Shown one piece after another: positions 45,871 to 58,979 of a DNA stretch of 64,000 nt; the stretch's first letter is position 1, and each line of letters opens with the position of its first letter. The notes under the pieces were generated by a model. It was not told the DNA's origin. It searched no databases and worked only from the letters and a program-made list of their open reading frames with translations. A program made the translations under genes and the position numbers. Source of the stretch: Takakia lepidozioides (lineage: Eukaryota > Plantae > Bryophyta); NCBI GenBank assembly GCA_030704615.1, contig CM060733.1:32674001-32738000 (forward strand), in the 5' to 3' direction.

Positions 45871-46148
45871 CTATGACTTTTTTCTTAAATTTGAAAAATA
45901 GCACGAGTGGCTACAAGAAATAGCTGTATATTCTGTTCATCTATTGAAAATTTGGATAGAATCATCCTCCTATGTACTTTCATCCATTTATATCATCCAC
46001 ATTTGGCGAATTCATCCATTATTATTATTTTCCTTGTAGAAGTTTGGCTATTTCATCCATGAAAAAATTGGGAATTTACGGCAGAATATTCCATTTTAAT
46101 GTTTTGAGGTTGCCATTTGGCGATTTTTCGCCAAAAAGAAAAACACTG
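45871..46148. mobile_element. hAT-type MITE
   Basis: Perfect 8-bp TSD GCTCCCAC (45863-45870, 46149-46156); right end AAAAACACTG; shares GCACGAGTGGCTAC and TGGCGA...TTCGC motifs with 61755-62047. Confidence 0.75.
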
Positions 46149-47164
46149 GCTCCCACTAGGGAGCCCTCTTTTTTAAATTCTACCAGTGGATTACAGTTTG
46201 TTTTCACCAGACTCACTGTTGTAGTGTATTGTTGAGTGAAACATCTACTTACAAAGGAGTTAATTCTTGCAATTGGCTCACCTTGAATTGCTAAGCTATG
46301 GAGATCATTTTGACTCCCCCATAAGCACATACAAAGGACCCTACCAATAAAAAAGGCTCCTTTAATAAATTCCAGGGCCACAGCCTCTGTTCTGTAAGAA
46401 CTTATTATTAAAAATTTTTTAGAAAGGCTGTTTGGGTTGAAAGTCTTACGGTACTTAGCTAGGATACCATATCACATTTCTGTGCGGGAGCTAGGAGCAG
46501 GAAAAATCATCCCGTCACTCAAAAAGCTTGGTCAAAGCCCAAAAACCCCCGGCCCCCTAAAACACTAAAATCTCTCTTGTCGTGTGGTCAATTTCTCCAG
46601 AATTTGCTGGGCAGAGGTACGTGGTAGGCAAGTGAATTCAAATTTTTGGATCTAATATGGTAGATGTATAGCCTCAATAAACTCGTCATGGGTTACTTTT
46701 CTTGGGGGCTGAGATTTGCCCAATGGCGGGCCATTAAGGGTTAAGAGCTAATTTCTACCCTACTACTTTATTTCCAACATAGTTATTAATTAGTTGGTGC
46801 TTTTATATTTTCCAGCAAGCGGCCACATCTACACTAGAAGAAGATGTGTGGGTGCTACTCAATTATCATGATGTAAAGCCTGTTATAGCCTCCTGTTATG
46901 AATGATTATTTTTCCATGACACTATTTTAATATGATTTACAGTGCGGAGGAGTCCTCCCCTATGTTTATTTTTTTTAAATGTCATGTATTTATGGAAGGA
47001 AAAAACAATCATAATCAGCTGTTTTTATTTCTTTTAAAGGGAAATACATGGGTGCGATTATAGGGTGAGGAGAAAATAACCTCTTTCACAGTAACCTCCT
47101 TGTGGAGGCTTGCCCATGGGACACTGCCCAAGGGGAAGGGGAGAATTAGAACATACCCCACCCA

Positions 47165-47240
47165 TCAAGGGAGCAGGATTTGACCCCAGAATCATCCGGG
47201 TGGTACTCAGTGCACTATCGAACTGAGCTACTGACTGTGG
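47165..47240 (-). other. tRNA-derived (SINE-head-like) relic
   Basis: Minus-strand A box TAGCTCAGTTCG and B box GGGTCAAATCC at tRNA-like spacing; no convincing cloverleaf. Confidence 0.4.
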
Positions 47241-48210
47241 TAACCATATTGAGATTGGAAAAGCCCAATCTATGGTCGATTTTTGCAGAGGCTAAACTTG
47301 GATTTCTTCTAAAAATAGTGTTAAAACAACACATCATAAGGCTATCCTACCAGATAGGCCCGCCCCCGAAAGGGGCAGTAGCCGTGAGGCGAAGTGGCTC
47401 TTAGTTACGCCGGCTCTTTTTTCTTTTTCTTTTGTTATGCCGGCTTCGGATGGAGTCTTCTCTTTCTTATCCTACTAGAACATAATTCAGTCTTATTTTA
47501 GAAAATGACAATATAATCATAACAGTTGCATATATGTTTGTGAAGACAATATGCAAGACAAGGTCACAATTGAGTCAAGTTGTGATGGCCCACATTTTAC
47601 CTTCCCACGTTTCTCCCTCACAGATGATTTATGGTGTCGCGGGACGTTATGTAGAGAGAAGGCTACTGCCGCCGCATACTTTAGGCATACCGTTGATAGT
47701 ATACTTTATTTGGTATTGCCGTTGATCCGGCCTATAACGACTTTGATATGCTGACCTGGTTGTCAACCATTCACGCGCCCTCGCCAAGTGGAGGTCACTA
47801 TGATGATGTAGCATTGGAATATTAAAGGATTCCTGGAGAGGAAATCCAGGAGGTATTCTTGGTGTTCAGAATGGTGTATGTGTAGAGAGAGACATGTTGT
47901 GACTGGAAGACGATTGTGATGGATGTTCTGTGAATGAGATAGTATTGCAGAGTATCAGTCAGGTCCTCTGCGAGAGATCTCCTCCTTCTTCGCGTGGCTG
48001 GCTTTACCGTGCAACATTCCCCACATACATGAAGGAGAATCCTAACCATAACCCTTTTTGTAGCATCACAAAATTGGGGGGTGTATATCCTAGTAAAGAA
48101 ACCCTAACTTACAATGAATAAGGGGTGGGACCTAAATAGAAACTGGAACAACATTAGCATTAGGTCCCAAGCTCTAATAGTGGAATTCAGTAAGAGGCCA
48201 TATTTTATGG

Positions 48211-48738
48211 GGAAGATAATAAGAATAATGTAAGAACTTAATGGATGCGTGTGATTTGATGGTACTTTTGCCGGATTCCAGCAGCTTCGGCTCCTCTGGC
48301 GGGGCCCCGTCAAATCCTCCCCACCCCCTCTTACCTTGGTTTCACTATTAAATACTTAAGAATCCAAGAAGGTTGCAAGCTTTGGTGGGCAGCGGGATGG
48401 TAAGGTGTTAGCATGACAAGTGACGAGGTTCATAGTTCGATCCTTAATGGGAAGCTCCTGTATTGTAACCCCGGTTTCTCACGTAACTCTAGTTAGTCCG
48501 TTTTATACTTAGCTAAATTTGAACTTAGTGAAATTTCAAGACCAAGTGAGTTACATCAAGTGGAGTTACACACCTCGTCGTGTAACCCAGTGTAACCCCG
48601 ATTGGAGTTGACACTCCTTCAGTTCCATGTCACTCTCAAGAGAGGGTGGGGTAGATTTGACATGTCAGGAACCGGCGTACCATCCTATCAGAGGTTGCAC
48701 GTGTGCATTAAGTTCTTACATTATTCCTATTATCTTCT
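48211..48738. mobile_element. MULE-like MITE, copy 3
   Basis: ~40-bp TIRs GGAAGATAATAAGAATAATGTAAGAACTTAATG / CATTAAGTTCTTACATTATTCCTATTATCTTCT. 9-bp TSD ATTTTATGG/TTTTTATGG (8/9). Confidence 0.85.
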
Positions 48739-48939
48739 TTTTTATGGTACCGACCGTCAGCAAAGTGTTATGGAGGTGATACAATGATAAATATGAAACA
48801 ATGTCAAATATTCGTAAGGATTTTTTTAAATTATCTTTTTGTATTTTGAGTGGGCTTACAAATCCGAAATCGTAATAGAGACGTGCCCGTTAAATGCATG
48901 TCACAATGTGCAATTGCAACATAGATATTGGACCATGAA

Positions 48940-49083
48940 GACAACCAAGTTGTAGCCCAGTGGTAATGGTCACATATCATCTTGTGAGTTGTGGGTTAAA
49001 TCCACCGATTTGTGTCACAAAGGTGTCCACCTTCCAGCAAAGGCAGTAATCCTTTGGGGCCAAAAAACACCATAATTTACACT
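48940..49083 (+). mobile_element. tRNA-derived SINE, family copy 2
   Basis: A box TAGCCCAGTGG and B box GGGTTAAATCC; homologous to 15843-15992. Confidence 0.6.
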
Positions 49084-49649
49084 TCCGTACTTTAATATAC
49101 TTTACTTTATTTGAACCTTGAACCAGAGTTTTTTTGCTAGCGAATTTTCGCGATATTACTATCTGGCCCAATCCTGAGCTATTTCTATATGTGGATGATA
49201 TCCATGTATGTGGGCTGCCCTAAATTGACATCTACGACACAAGATCATACCCTCAAGACGCTGGGAAAAAGTAGAGGCTGCGAGGAGAGACTGTAGCAGA
49301 GGTCCCTACTACGATGATTTGTGTACCCGGGGAGTTGGAACTATGAACATGACAACCACACAAGCCCATCAGAGCTAAGATTGATATATATACAAATGTA
49401 ACATTAAATCAAGTTAAGTTACAATTGATCAGATTTTTAACAGTTTTGGAAAGTCAAGCTGAAATTTGACTGCAGGATGGATATCATTTGAAACAAGGTA
49501 ATTCTTAAAGTGAGAGATTGTAATTGAAGAGTTTATCGATCACAACCGTCAGTGCGCATGCACACCAGAATCAAACAAAGCAAGAACTGTTGTGTCGTCA
49601 TCCTATGTATCAGGGCTCTGGGCATGTGGTGAGCGTGGCCAGATGCTCA

Positions 49650-50550
49650 CCTTGGAAGTTAGAGCATCGCCTTCTTCTATGGTGGGCTCTCAGAGCAGAA
49701 CATTGGTGGGAGACTAATGTGTCTAGATGTTAATGGTGTGTCAACTTTCCAAGGTCTAACGACAAGTGTCACAGTTCAAATGAAGGAGCAACATTCTCCA
49801 TTTCTCATGGGTGTACATTGCATGGCACATCAGACAAATTAACTTAGTTGTGCAGGCTTTATCAAATCTATCCATTGTTACTAGATTGGAGGCTAGACTT
49901 GCTAATTCAGATGTTGTATATGTACTTCTCTTCATCACCCAATATACGTTGTCTTAAAAGTTGAATTTTTAAAGCTGGCTGATATTGTGGAAACAAAATG
50001 ATTGAAGATACTGAGGAATGTGAAGACAAGGTGGATAAGCATGTTAGCACATTTGAAAAGAGTTCGGGCCGAGTACAAAACTTTGATCATGAAGATGGCC
50101 ACTGACTCTTCTGCTTCTGCAGCTCATGCTAAATCTAACCTCACTGCTCCATGTGATGTGAAGGTCATCTTGGGGTTGCCCTGTATTTTGCCCTTATTGG
50201 AGTATGTCAACAATTTGATATTGTTCACATAGTCTCGAGATGTCTTTGTTTGCAATTTTGTTGCCACTGTCCAGATCCGACAAGCTGATTTGTACTCAAT
50301 GTACAACAACCCTAATATTGCCTTCATTGACGTGGTTGACAACATTCATCACACATGACTGGGTGACTGATTTGAACACTAACAATGAGCACTTGGTTTT
50401 TCGAATCTTAGGCCAATTTTATTTGGTATATGCTCATTCACCAACTACTGGATTATTAGTCTCTTACGAGAGATGATCTCACTTACTGGGTTGGGGAGGT
50501 GAAGCGTTAGTGTTCAAGTGCAACAGATCTTTTGATCAACAAATTGGAGA
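49650..50550 (+). pseudogene. hAT transposase (ZNF862-like) remnant
   Basis: NGVSTFQG, GVHCMAHQTNLVVQ (CxxH), KILRNVKTRWISML, LPCILPLLEYVN; stops and frameshifts. Confidence 0.8.
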
Positions 50551-53135
50551 TAACACAATAGCCTTTACATGTTGTATGAATGTTCTTTCATGTAGACAAT
50601 ATTATAACCACTCGAGTTCATGTAAATGAGTCTTGAAACTAACATACCTTCATTGCTTTTGTTTCAACCATAGGTGATTTCTAGCAACACTAACGCTTCT
50701 AAGTTCATCAACAAATCACACACCCATAGTTAAGTAAAGAATTGCAATTTCCAAGTCAAATATCAAACATACTTCATGAATTGCGAGTTAAAATTACCTA
50801 CATCCTCTCATTTACCTCCACAAACAAAGAAGAAACTGACTAGCTTATAGAATTCATGTACTCTACAATCTATAATATCGTGTTTTGTCAGCTGCCACGC
50901 CTCAAACGCTTGCATGATTGTAAATGGTCGTTGAGCAAATCAATCATCGAGAGCAGTTTTTCACATAGAAAAAGGTCTCGTTATCGTGTGTGCAACATAT
51001 CATCGTACATACAAAACCCACTGTAACACAAATATTTCCAACCTTCATAGAAAAAAATGTCTTTGTAGGCTTAAAAACATCTAAAGTAAGAAACCGGCAA
51101 ATGTGACATCATTAGACCTAGCTTTAATGTATCAAAATGGAGAAGCTTACCTTGCACAATGTGGAACAGTAGTGGATTTGAAAGATACTATGTCACACCA
51201 CCTGTCTATATGTGTATCACTTTGATATCCATTGAGCCAATATACAAGCTCAGCTGAGTTAGACTCAAAATGAAAAAATATATACAACATTATATACAGT
51301 CAATCACAAGTTCTTGCTTGGAATGTATAATTATCTAAAAAGATGATTTAAACTTGAGTGCGAGGGGCGACTGATGTCAACATTATTTTTGGTTTTTCTT
51401 AAGTAGGCATTGTTGAAGAATGCACAAGAATGCGAATTCAAGGGCTTTAGTTATGGTGCAACCTATGTGGCACTTGAGTTGGCCCCCCAAATTGAGTAAA
51501 TCATGGACTGTTTGCAACACTCCAAGAATGCACCTAAGGAGGAATGGAGACTATTACTGTCGATATTACTTGTCAAATGTCAAATAGATGTCAAATAGAT
51601 GACTCATGAGCAGCAATACTCGAGACAAACCCAAATGAAGACGCATGCTAAACACATGTTTTAAGATAGCTAGAAGTATATGTAATTTAGACCTTCCAAA
51701 CATCCTAAAATAGTAGCCCTTTAGGATGAAGAGACATCATATTTAACATTTGCTTAGGTAGAATTCCACCTTTTTTCTTTGTAGAATGGAAAAATAACCA
51801 AGTCAAAAAGTCATCCCAACGGACCCAACCCTAAATATTCAAGAGTCAACTCTAATATGCAAATTGATGATGTGTGTCTTAATGACCCCGAAAAAGACCA
51901 ATGCACATTCCCCAACTTGCATACATAATTACAAGATTTAAAAACAACCTGATTGTTATTTGTAAAAGACATACTAGTTTAGATCTTACATTAGGACCTC
52001 TCAAAGAACATATCATGAATACAAACCTTACAATATGAGCTCCACAACCTTGTTTCAAAGGATGACTTGACACAACATCAGTGGAAAGGAAAGTACTCGA
52101 AACATTGCCACAACTTTTATCCTAAATTATACTGCAATTTTTTTGATGAAATGCCTTCCTCACACGATGCCTGACTGTCTATCACTCTTCACTCTTTCCA
52201 ATACTCTCGAGGCTTGCACACTAAGTACAAAAATAGGGCTCCATTCAAGGTCACACACACATTTAGGTGTTACTACCTTATTTATGGATGCATGAGACGA
52301 AATGACAACCATTATAAAAGTGTGCCCAAAAAATAGGACACTCCCATACATCCACCAAGATGAGAAACCCGGCATGGTTAACCCTGTTGCCTACCAATCA
52401 AATTTGATCGGAAGGCATGGCACACTGACAACTGAATGCACAAGGGCGGAGACGCCCTCGACTGACTTCTGACACCCACACCTTTGACTGAGGGAAGGTA
52501 CGCCGACGCAATCACAATGTAACTCTCGTAACTCTGGACCTCGGATCCACCCTCACATTGCAACGGACGACACACGGCACTCACTGGAACAGTGCCAGAC
52601 GGAACACAATCAATAAACTGCATGCCCTACACTTTAAATACAATTAACAGTGTTGTAAGAGTAGTTTTACAATAACCTGTACCAACAATTTGCCTCAACA
52701 CACATACACAAGTTGGTTGGGCATCATTGGAAGGTAAGAAGGCCCATAGATCAGTGTACAACCATTGAGCACAACATGGTAGACCAGCAACTACTTGTAG
52801 GTACCAACAAAAAAAATTAAATAATCTAGTTTTCCCTTCTCCCAAAAAACAGAGGAAAACAAGACAACAAGAGAGATAAAGTAGCTATGGCAAAAACATA
52901 GCAAAGTTCATTGTACAGACAAAATTGACAAATGCAATGGAAACCCTTGAGAATGCACTTGCCATTGAGAAATAAGGGTAAAGTATATGTGCTGGATCTT
53001 GGAAGTCCACAAGGACTGATATCGTGCTGCAACAGACAGTCTACAACAAACCCCTAATTTAGTATTTGAAGTTTGTTCAAACAAGTCGAACTTTACCTGA
53101 AGTGAGTAGTTGCAAACACAGACTTGACCACAAAC

Positions 53136-56100
53136 CTGATCAGTCAATGGTGGAGGAGAGGTGGTAGATTTTGTCTCAATTGGTTTATTAGCCCCACAAT
53201 TCCTGCGGTTGCACTTCGTTCGGAAAGGGTAGTTCACGTTCCCACATGTCTCACATGTCCAACTGCCGTCTGGAGGGGGGCCATCTGTAGAGCCGCCAGC
53301 TTTATCGTTTATCCCCCAAAATAATAATTCCTTAAATCATAAATTATAATCACAAAAAAACTGACAAGAATGACCAACACTTGAGAGACATGGGGCACAA
53401 GGGGAGGCAAAGGCAGGCCTATCAACATCCAGGAGACCAATATAAGTTAGAGAGGGTGCACTAAAATAATGTATGTCCATGTTTTGAAAACTTTTTGTTA
53501 GTGTGTCCAAAAGACAAGAACTTACGAGTAACAGGAGGTGCTTTCGAGGGAGGACCGTTTGCGTAACGTGCCTGCATGTATACATGGTTCAATGAGCTTG
53601 CCATGTTTAGACCATTGTTTTTGGGCCAGCTCAAGCATGAGAGACTTCTTCCCTTTACATCTCAGTCAGGTCCTCGCTAAATTTCCCCCCACTACCCTTT
53701 TGATGTGATGGGACCCACTTCGCCCAAAAAAATTGCCAATTGGTTACACCACGATTTTCGGATGTGAAGTTATCTTCACAAGATCATCCACATATATCAA
53801 CATTCTCAAGGATCAAGCTGTGACATCCCCTCACTTGTGCAGAATGGGGGAGAATGTGCCATTTGGGAACTTGCATGAATATTCCACTGGAGAGAGGCCA
53901 TATGGGAGCAATATAGCGGTAGGAAGGCCCTAGAAATTATAATTACACAATCATCCATGGATATGTTTGGTCCCATTCAAGCAAAATACTAACCGCTTCA
54001 TTTGGCTTTGAACCGCCACATTTACGCATATTGCAAGTGGTTCGGAAGGCAAAGTTTGTATTCCCACACTTGGGACAAACCCAGTCGCCCTCTGAGATAC
54101 CGTCGGATGCTGCAACCATTGAGTAAAAAACTAATCATTTGTCAGCAATGGCAACCACAGACACTGACTGGACTAGATTAGGATAACAAGACAACAAACT
54201 AGAGAATAGAGAAAATTCGCACATCATATGTGTTGGGTTTTTCCTTTGCAATTAGATCTCTAATTCTGGTGAGTTGTGACACAGTCAAGCTTATTTATTG
54301 GCCATGTAATCAAAATACGTCTAACATGTCACCTCCTCTGCGCTTCCTAGATCCATTCTTGTCTCCGTAATCAATCGATGGTCTGTGCACTGGCATCTGC
54401 ATAAAGTCAGGGAGGATTAGACGTAGCTGATGGTTGACAAATTAAATGATCTATACCTTCTACTTTTAAGCCTCCCCCCGGTTACAAATGAATGTCATAG
54501 AGAGCCCTTATGACTTCCATTCAAGCAAACCACAAAGATAAGATGGACTAGAAAAAGTTGCATCTTTAGAGGCAACACAAATATCTCTCTACATGGAATA
54601 AAGACATACCAAAGGGGGGCCTACATTCATGTTCATGTTCATTCCGTAACCATCCAGCAAAGGTACAGCACCGTAGCTAGGACCTGCATAATTCCTATTC
54701 ACTAGTTAGATTTTGCTACAAAAAATTTCGTCATCATGAGATGGAATGACTGGGATTTGGCATCCCCGGGTTTCTGTACGATCATGGACATGGAGACACT
54801 GAGGAGTAAATAATGATAGGGTTAATACATTGGACAATTCTGACGGAAACAAATGTTGTTCAAATTCAAAGAAGAATCTACCTCCACTAATAACAGTCCC
54901 TGGAGGAGCATAAGATGAAGGCCTAGGGATATGATTGTGGAGTGTTGTGCTGTTCATAGATGCACCATAATCGTATGGGACAGTGGCTGATGTTGGTGCT
55001 AAGGCCATAGGAGTCCCGTAGCTAGAAGGCAGTCCCAGTGACAGAGGTGGAGGAGCCCCTGGGCCCCCCATGTACATTTGTGTAGGTATCTGCTCATATA
55101 TTGGCAACCCTATTGGCCCTCCAACACCTCTCTGCATCAGAAAGCACCCAAACTGATGAGAAGCAAGAAACCTGATCAACCTCAAATGATCATCTACAAC
55201 TGAATAGCATGTCGCAAACCTATAATACAAAGGTATATTGTATTGCAATGTCGCAACCAATGAAAAGAAACTGAGGACTTCCATACCAACGCCTATACCT
55301 GAGAAGACTCAAGTGGCTTCGATGTTGCACATTTTCGCATGTTGCAAGTGGTTCTAAAAGCGAAGTTCACATTGCCACACTGAGGACATGTCCAATCCCC
55401 TTCACCTTGACGAGCTGCCAACAAGAGTGAGGTTGTTATTTCAACAGTAAAATGACAGACTCGTAGTAAGTATATAGTAAGTACATCATTTTTAAGTATA
55501 TTAAATGATGTTACAATTAGCATGTGAAAACCTTGTGATCCAAGCAAAGGCTAGCCCCTACATAATCCTACTCTACTGCTCATTAAGAGTTCTTACTATT
55601 TGTGCGTGCGCGTTTTGGTCCCCCTCCTCCCGGGTAGTCCGTCTGGTCAATTGCAAGTGCATCATCAGCTTCCGTAAAAAACTACCAATTTGTCCATGTG
55701 ATAAAAGATGGCAGAAGAGGATCAAAAGAAGGCTACAGTATAATTCAAGATTGAACTGCAGTCAGTGGGGATACTAGTAATAATCGAAATACCATGACCT
55801 TAAGTACCTCTATAAAACTGAGGCTCAGTTTCCCATATTGTCTCCATGGAAAAGCTCATGTAAGTATACAAATCACCCTGATCTGTGAAAGACGTGATGA
55901 TGTAAACGCAACATGTATTTGAAAAGAATTAAGCTATGTACAAGAAAGCTCTTCAAGTCGTGACAAAAGACAAAATTCCACGTGAACGAAGAAAAGAACA
56001 TCGGACTAAAGTGACAATCAATACCTTGGTGGAATCACGGCGTTGGAGCTACCCGCAGGGATTCTGAGGAGGACTAAGGCTAGATGAATAATCATGTGAA

Positions 56101-56255
56101 CATCTTAGCAATGCTAAGTTAGCATTGTCGAAAATTATTCATACCATGCAAAACATTCTCACTTCTACTTCATATTCCTCACCTAATCCTCGTACTCACT
56201 CTCCTCATGTCAATACATTTCCTACGAATACTCATTTGTCAGGCACCTGAAGCAT
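53136..56255 (-). CDS. RanBP2-type zinc finger protein with three fingers (At1g67325-like); last exon/stop not located
   Basis: MLQ|TDYPGGGGPKRARTN|..EGDWTCPQCGNVNFAFRTTCNMRKC, P/G/Y-rich linker exons, EGDWVCPKCGNTNFAFRTTCNMRKC (~53995-54110) and DGSWTCETCGNVNYPFRTKCNRRNC ending DQ at 53136. Telobox AAACCCTA upstream at ~56419. Confidence 0.9.
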
Positions 56256-56699
56256 GGCTGCCGCTGCTTGAGTGTCGTTATCCCAAAACAAGCCTATAGC
56301 AAAGCCAAACACAGACACAAAACGCCAAAAACACGAAGATCTGTGTCTTCAAAATCTCCCCCCGCGTATGATGACCATGCCTGGTGCCACGGCCGAATGC
56401 AAGTAGCGACAGAAAATGAAACCCTAGCAACAACACGCACGGTGCGACCAAAAATACCAGAAATACTTTCATGCCCTGCAGTCGCTTTGCTTTGCCTTCT
56501 GCCTTGCACTTTCTTCACCACCTAACTTACTCCGGTCTTCTCCTTCTACCATCTTACCAGCAAAAGACCGGTGAGCCACGGCTGAGGCGGTTAGGCACAA
56601 ACCGCCATTTTATTTTATTTTTATTTCAAGTAAAAACATAAGGGAAATTTTCTTTTCATTAAAAGATGGAGATGCCTCTTAAGACATTCCAGGTGGTCC

Positions 56700-58310
56700 A
56701 GATGAAATTCATCTCTTTGTAACTGTCTCCAGATTTTGTTTTTGAGATTTTAAGTTACAAAAATATGAATTCATTTTTATAAAATATTCCTCATTCTAAT
56801 GTTTAGATTATATTGAGATTTGTTTTTCAGATTTTTGTTAAAAGAAATATGAATTCTAATCTTTATGATATAAGTCTATTCTAATTTTCAAATTATTTGG
56901 AGTTTTTGCTCTTTTGAAATTTAACTTACAAAAGTATGAATATAAATTTTCATTTTCTCTACTGGTAAAAGTATATTGAGATTATTATTTGGTTATTCCT
57001 AGATGAAAAAATCTAAAATAAAATACATGAAATATTCATCTAGTTTATTGTTCAAAATATTTGAAAATTTTAGGTCAGCCAGGCCTGCTTTCAGCAGTAG
57101 AGCATGCCATTGGGCCATGTGATTCAGCGCTGTCATCCCTTCTCCGCCTTCCAATTGTGCTTGCTTTAAAGCCAAAATAAATTATTAAAATTTCTTCTCT
57201 CTCTCTTCGGCCTAGGGAACATGTGGGTGTCCCTAACAATGGGATCAGAGTTCCATATTTGAAGCCGCTTCACCTTATGTTCTAAAGACACAACGGCGGC
57301 AAACAACCTGTGCAACTTCTCCTGGGCCATCTCCGGCTTTCTAGTTTGTTGAAATAGTTTTTCACCTCTTGAAGGAACTCTGGTCCGAAAGTTGGGACTG
57401 CAATTCTTAGCTGCTTCACAAAAGCACTCATAATATTTTTTCTGGTGTTGTTCATCTCTTGCTTGATGTGACTCTCAACTCCCTTTGCCGACCTTCTCTC
57501 TTCAAGGGTAGAGCTGTAGTATTCCAGTTTGCCATGTTGTCCTGCATCTGCAATGCCTTGCTGCAAGAGAATGCACGACAAATGCATGAACACACGGGCA
57601 AGGGAAACAAACATAAACAAAGTCCTCGAAGCAGAAATACCAAAAGGCCAGATGATGGAAGATGTATCTCACTGAGTACATATATTCCATGAAAACCTCG
57701 CGGGTCAACAAGTACCATGATTTTGATGTCTTGGAGAATCATCTATTCTATTGCTCAAATTATTTTGAGAATTTTTATTGTTCAAATTACTATGAGATTT
57801 TTTCTGAGATTTTTATTTACAAAAATCTGAAATCGAAGCTATAAAATATTCAGCTATTTATTGATTATTTTGTTGGCCCTGCCTTCTCAAGGCGGGACTA
57901 CGCAAAGGTTTCAGCCGCTTTTGACGCATTGCCGCTTTTTCTTTCTTTTCTTTTTTCTTCGATTTACTCTTCCAATTCAATCGAGACAGTTGCCACCAGA
58001 AGATTCTGTTCATATTTGTAATGAATGACATGCCGTGGATGAACAGTTTCATCGCCACCCGGGTGATTCAAGGCTCAAATCCTGTTACCGCGATATTTAT
58101 TAATAAACACTGATATCTTCCAGATTTTTACTATGTACATATTCATAATTACTAGAGGGCAGGGCTTGCATGAATTGCATGCATTTGTTTTTGACATTTG
58201 TGATTCCATTTTTGAGATTTTTGAGTCGTTACAAAAATCTTAATTCAAATTCTACAGAATATGAGTAATTGCCGTTCAAATTATTTTGAGATTTATTTTT
58301 GAGATTGAAA
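56700..58310. repeat. AT-rich degenerate repeat region (TTTTGAGATTT / TTACAAAAATATGAATTC units) interleaved with GC-richer blocks; probable TE
   Basis: TTACAAAAAT-like motif at ~56755, 56926, 57818 and 58229, with many TGAGATT motifs. Confidence 0.5.
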
Positions 58311-58979
58311 CTAAAAAAGAAAAAGAAACCGAAACACAAAATAGTTTCGCTGGAGAAACTTATTTTTTTATTTTTTTCCCAGATGGATATCTCCTACAAA
58401 GAAGTTAGATTTGAAGTAGTTTCATAATTTTCTAGCCCGAGCACATTTTCGTTTCACCAAATTATTCTGTGCACATTCATTTTGGCTTGATGTTAGAAAA
58501 AATTGGGCATGGTAAGTTGATAGTTAGTACATCTGGGCTCTTTTCTGGGCTAGCTTCGAAGATCTGTTCCTTGTTTCATAACATTGTACAAAGGTAACTC
58601 ATTGTTGCAGTTATAATACCAATTCGCGAAAAACCACCTAGAAGTTTCTTTGTTAAAATCGTTACCTTCTCAGATGCATCTTCATCCTGACAGGAGGACG
58701 TACCTTTCGTCAGCTGTAAGACACCTAGGGGATTTGGGTAAGGTATTTCACTCATGGCCTTACGGAATTCGTAAGATGAGGATTTTGGTAAGGTATTTCA
58801 CGCATGGACAAGACTACATTCTCTGGCTTAATGACCCCACAATCAGCTAAACTTTCTCTTTCCCTGAAGTGGGTCCAAGGAATATCTGCAACAATGTGAT
58901 TTCTCTTTCTTCTCTCTCTCTCTGCAGCCCTTCTTCAATGAACAAGGAAGGGTAAGCGCTGTCCAGAGGTAAGCACATA

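Noticed and set aside
46726-46744. piggyBac-like end AAGGG|TTAA pairing with TTAACCCTT at ~32960
   Set aside because: The 32960 site is part of a tandem-repeat unit, the match is short, and no piggyBac transposase is seen.
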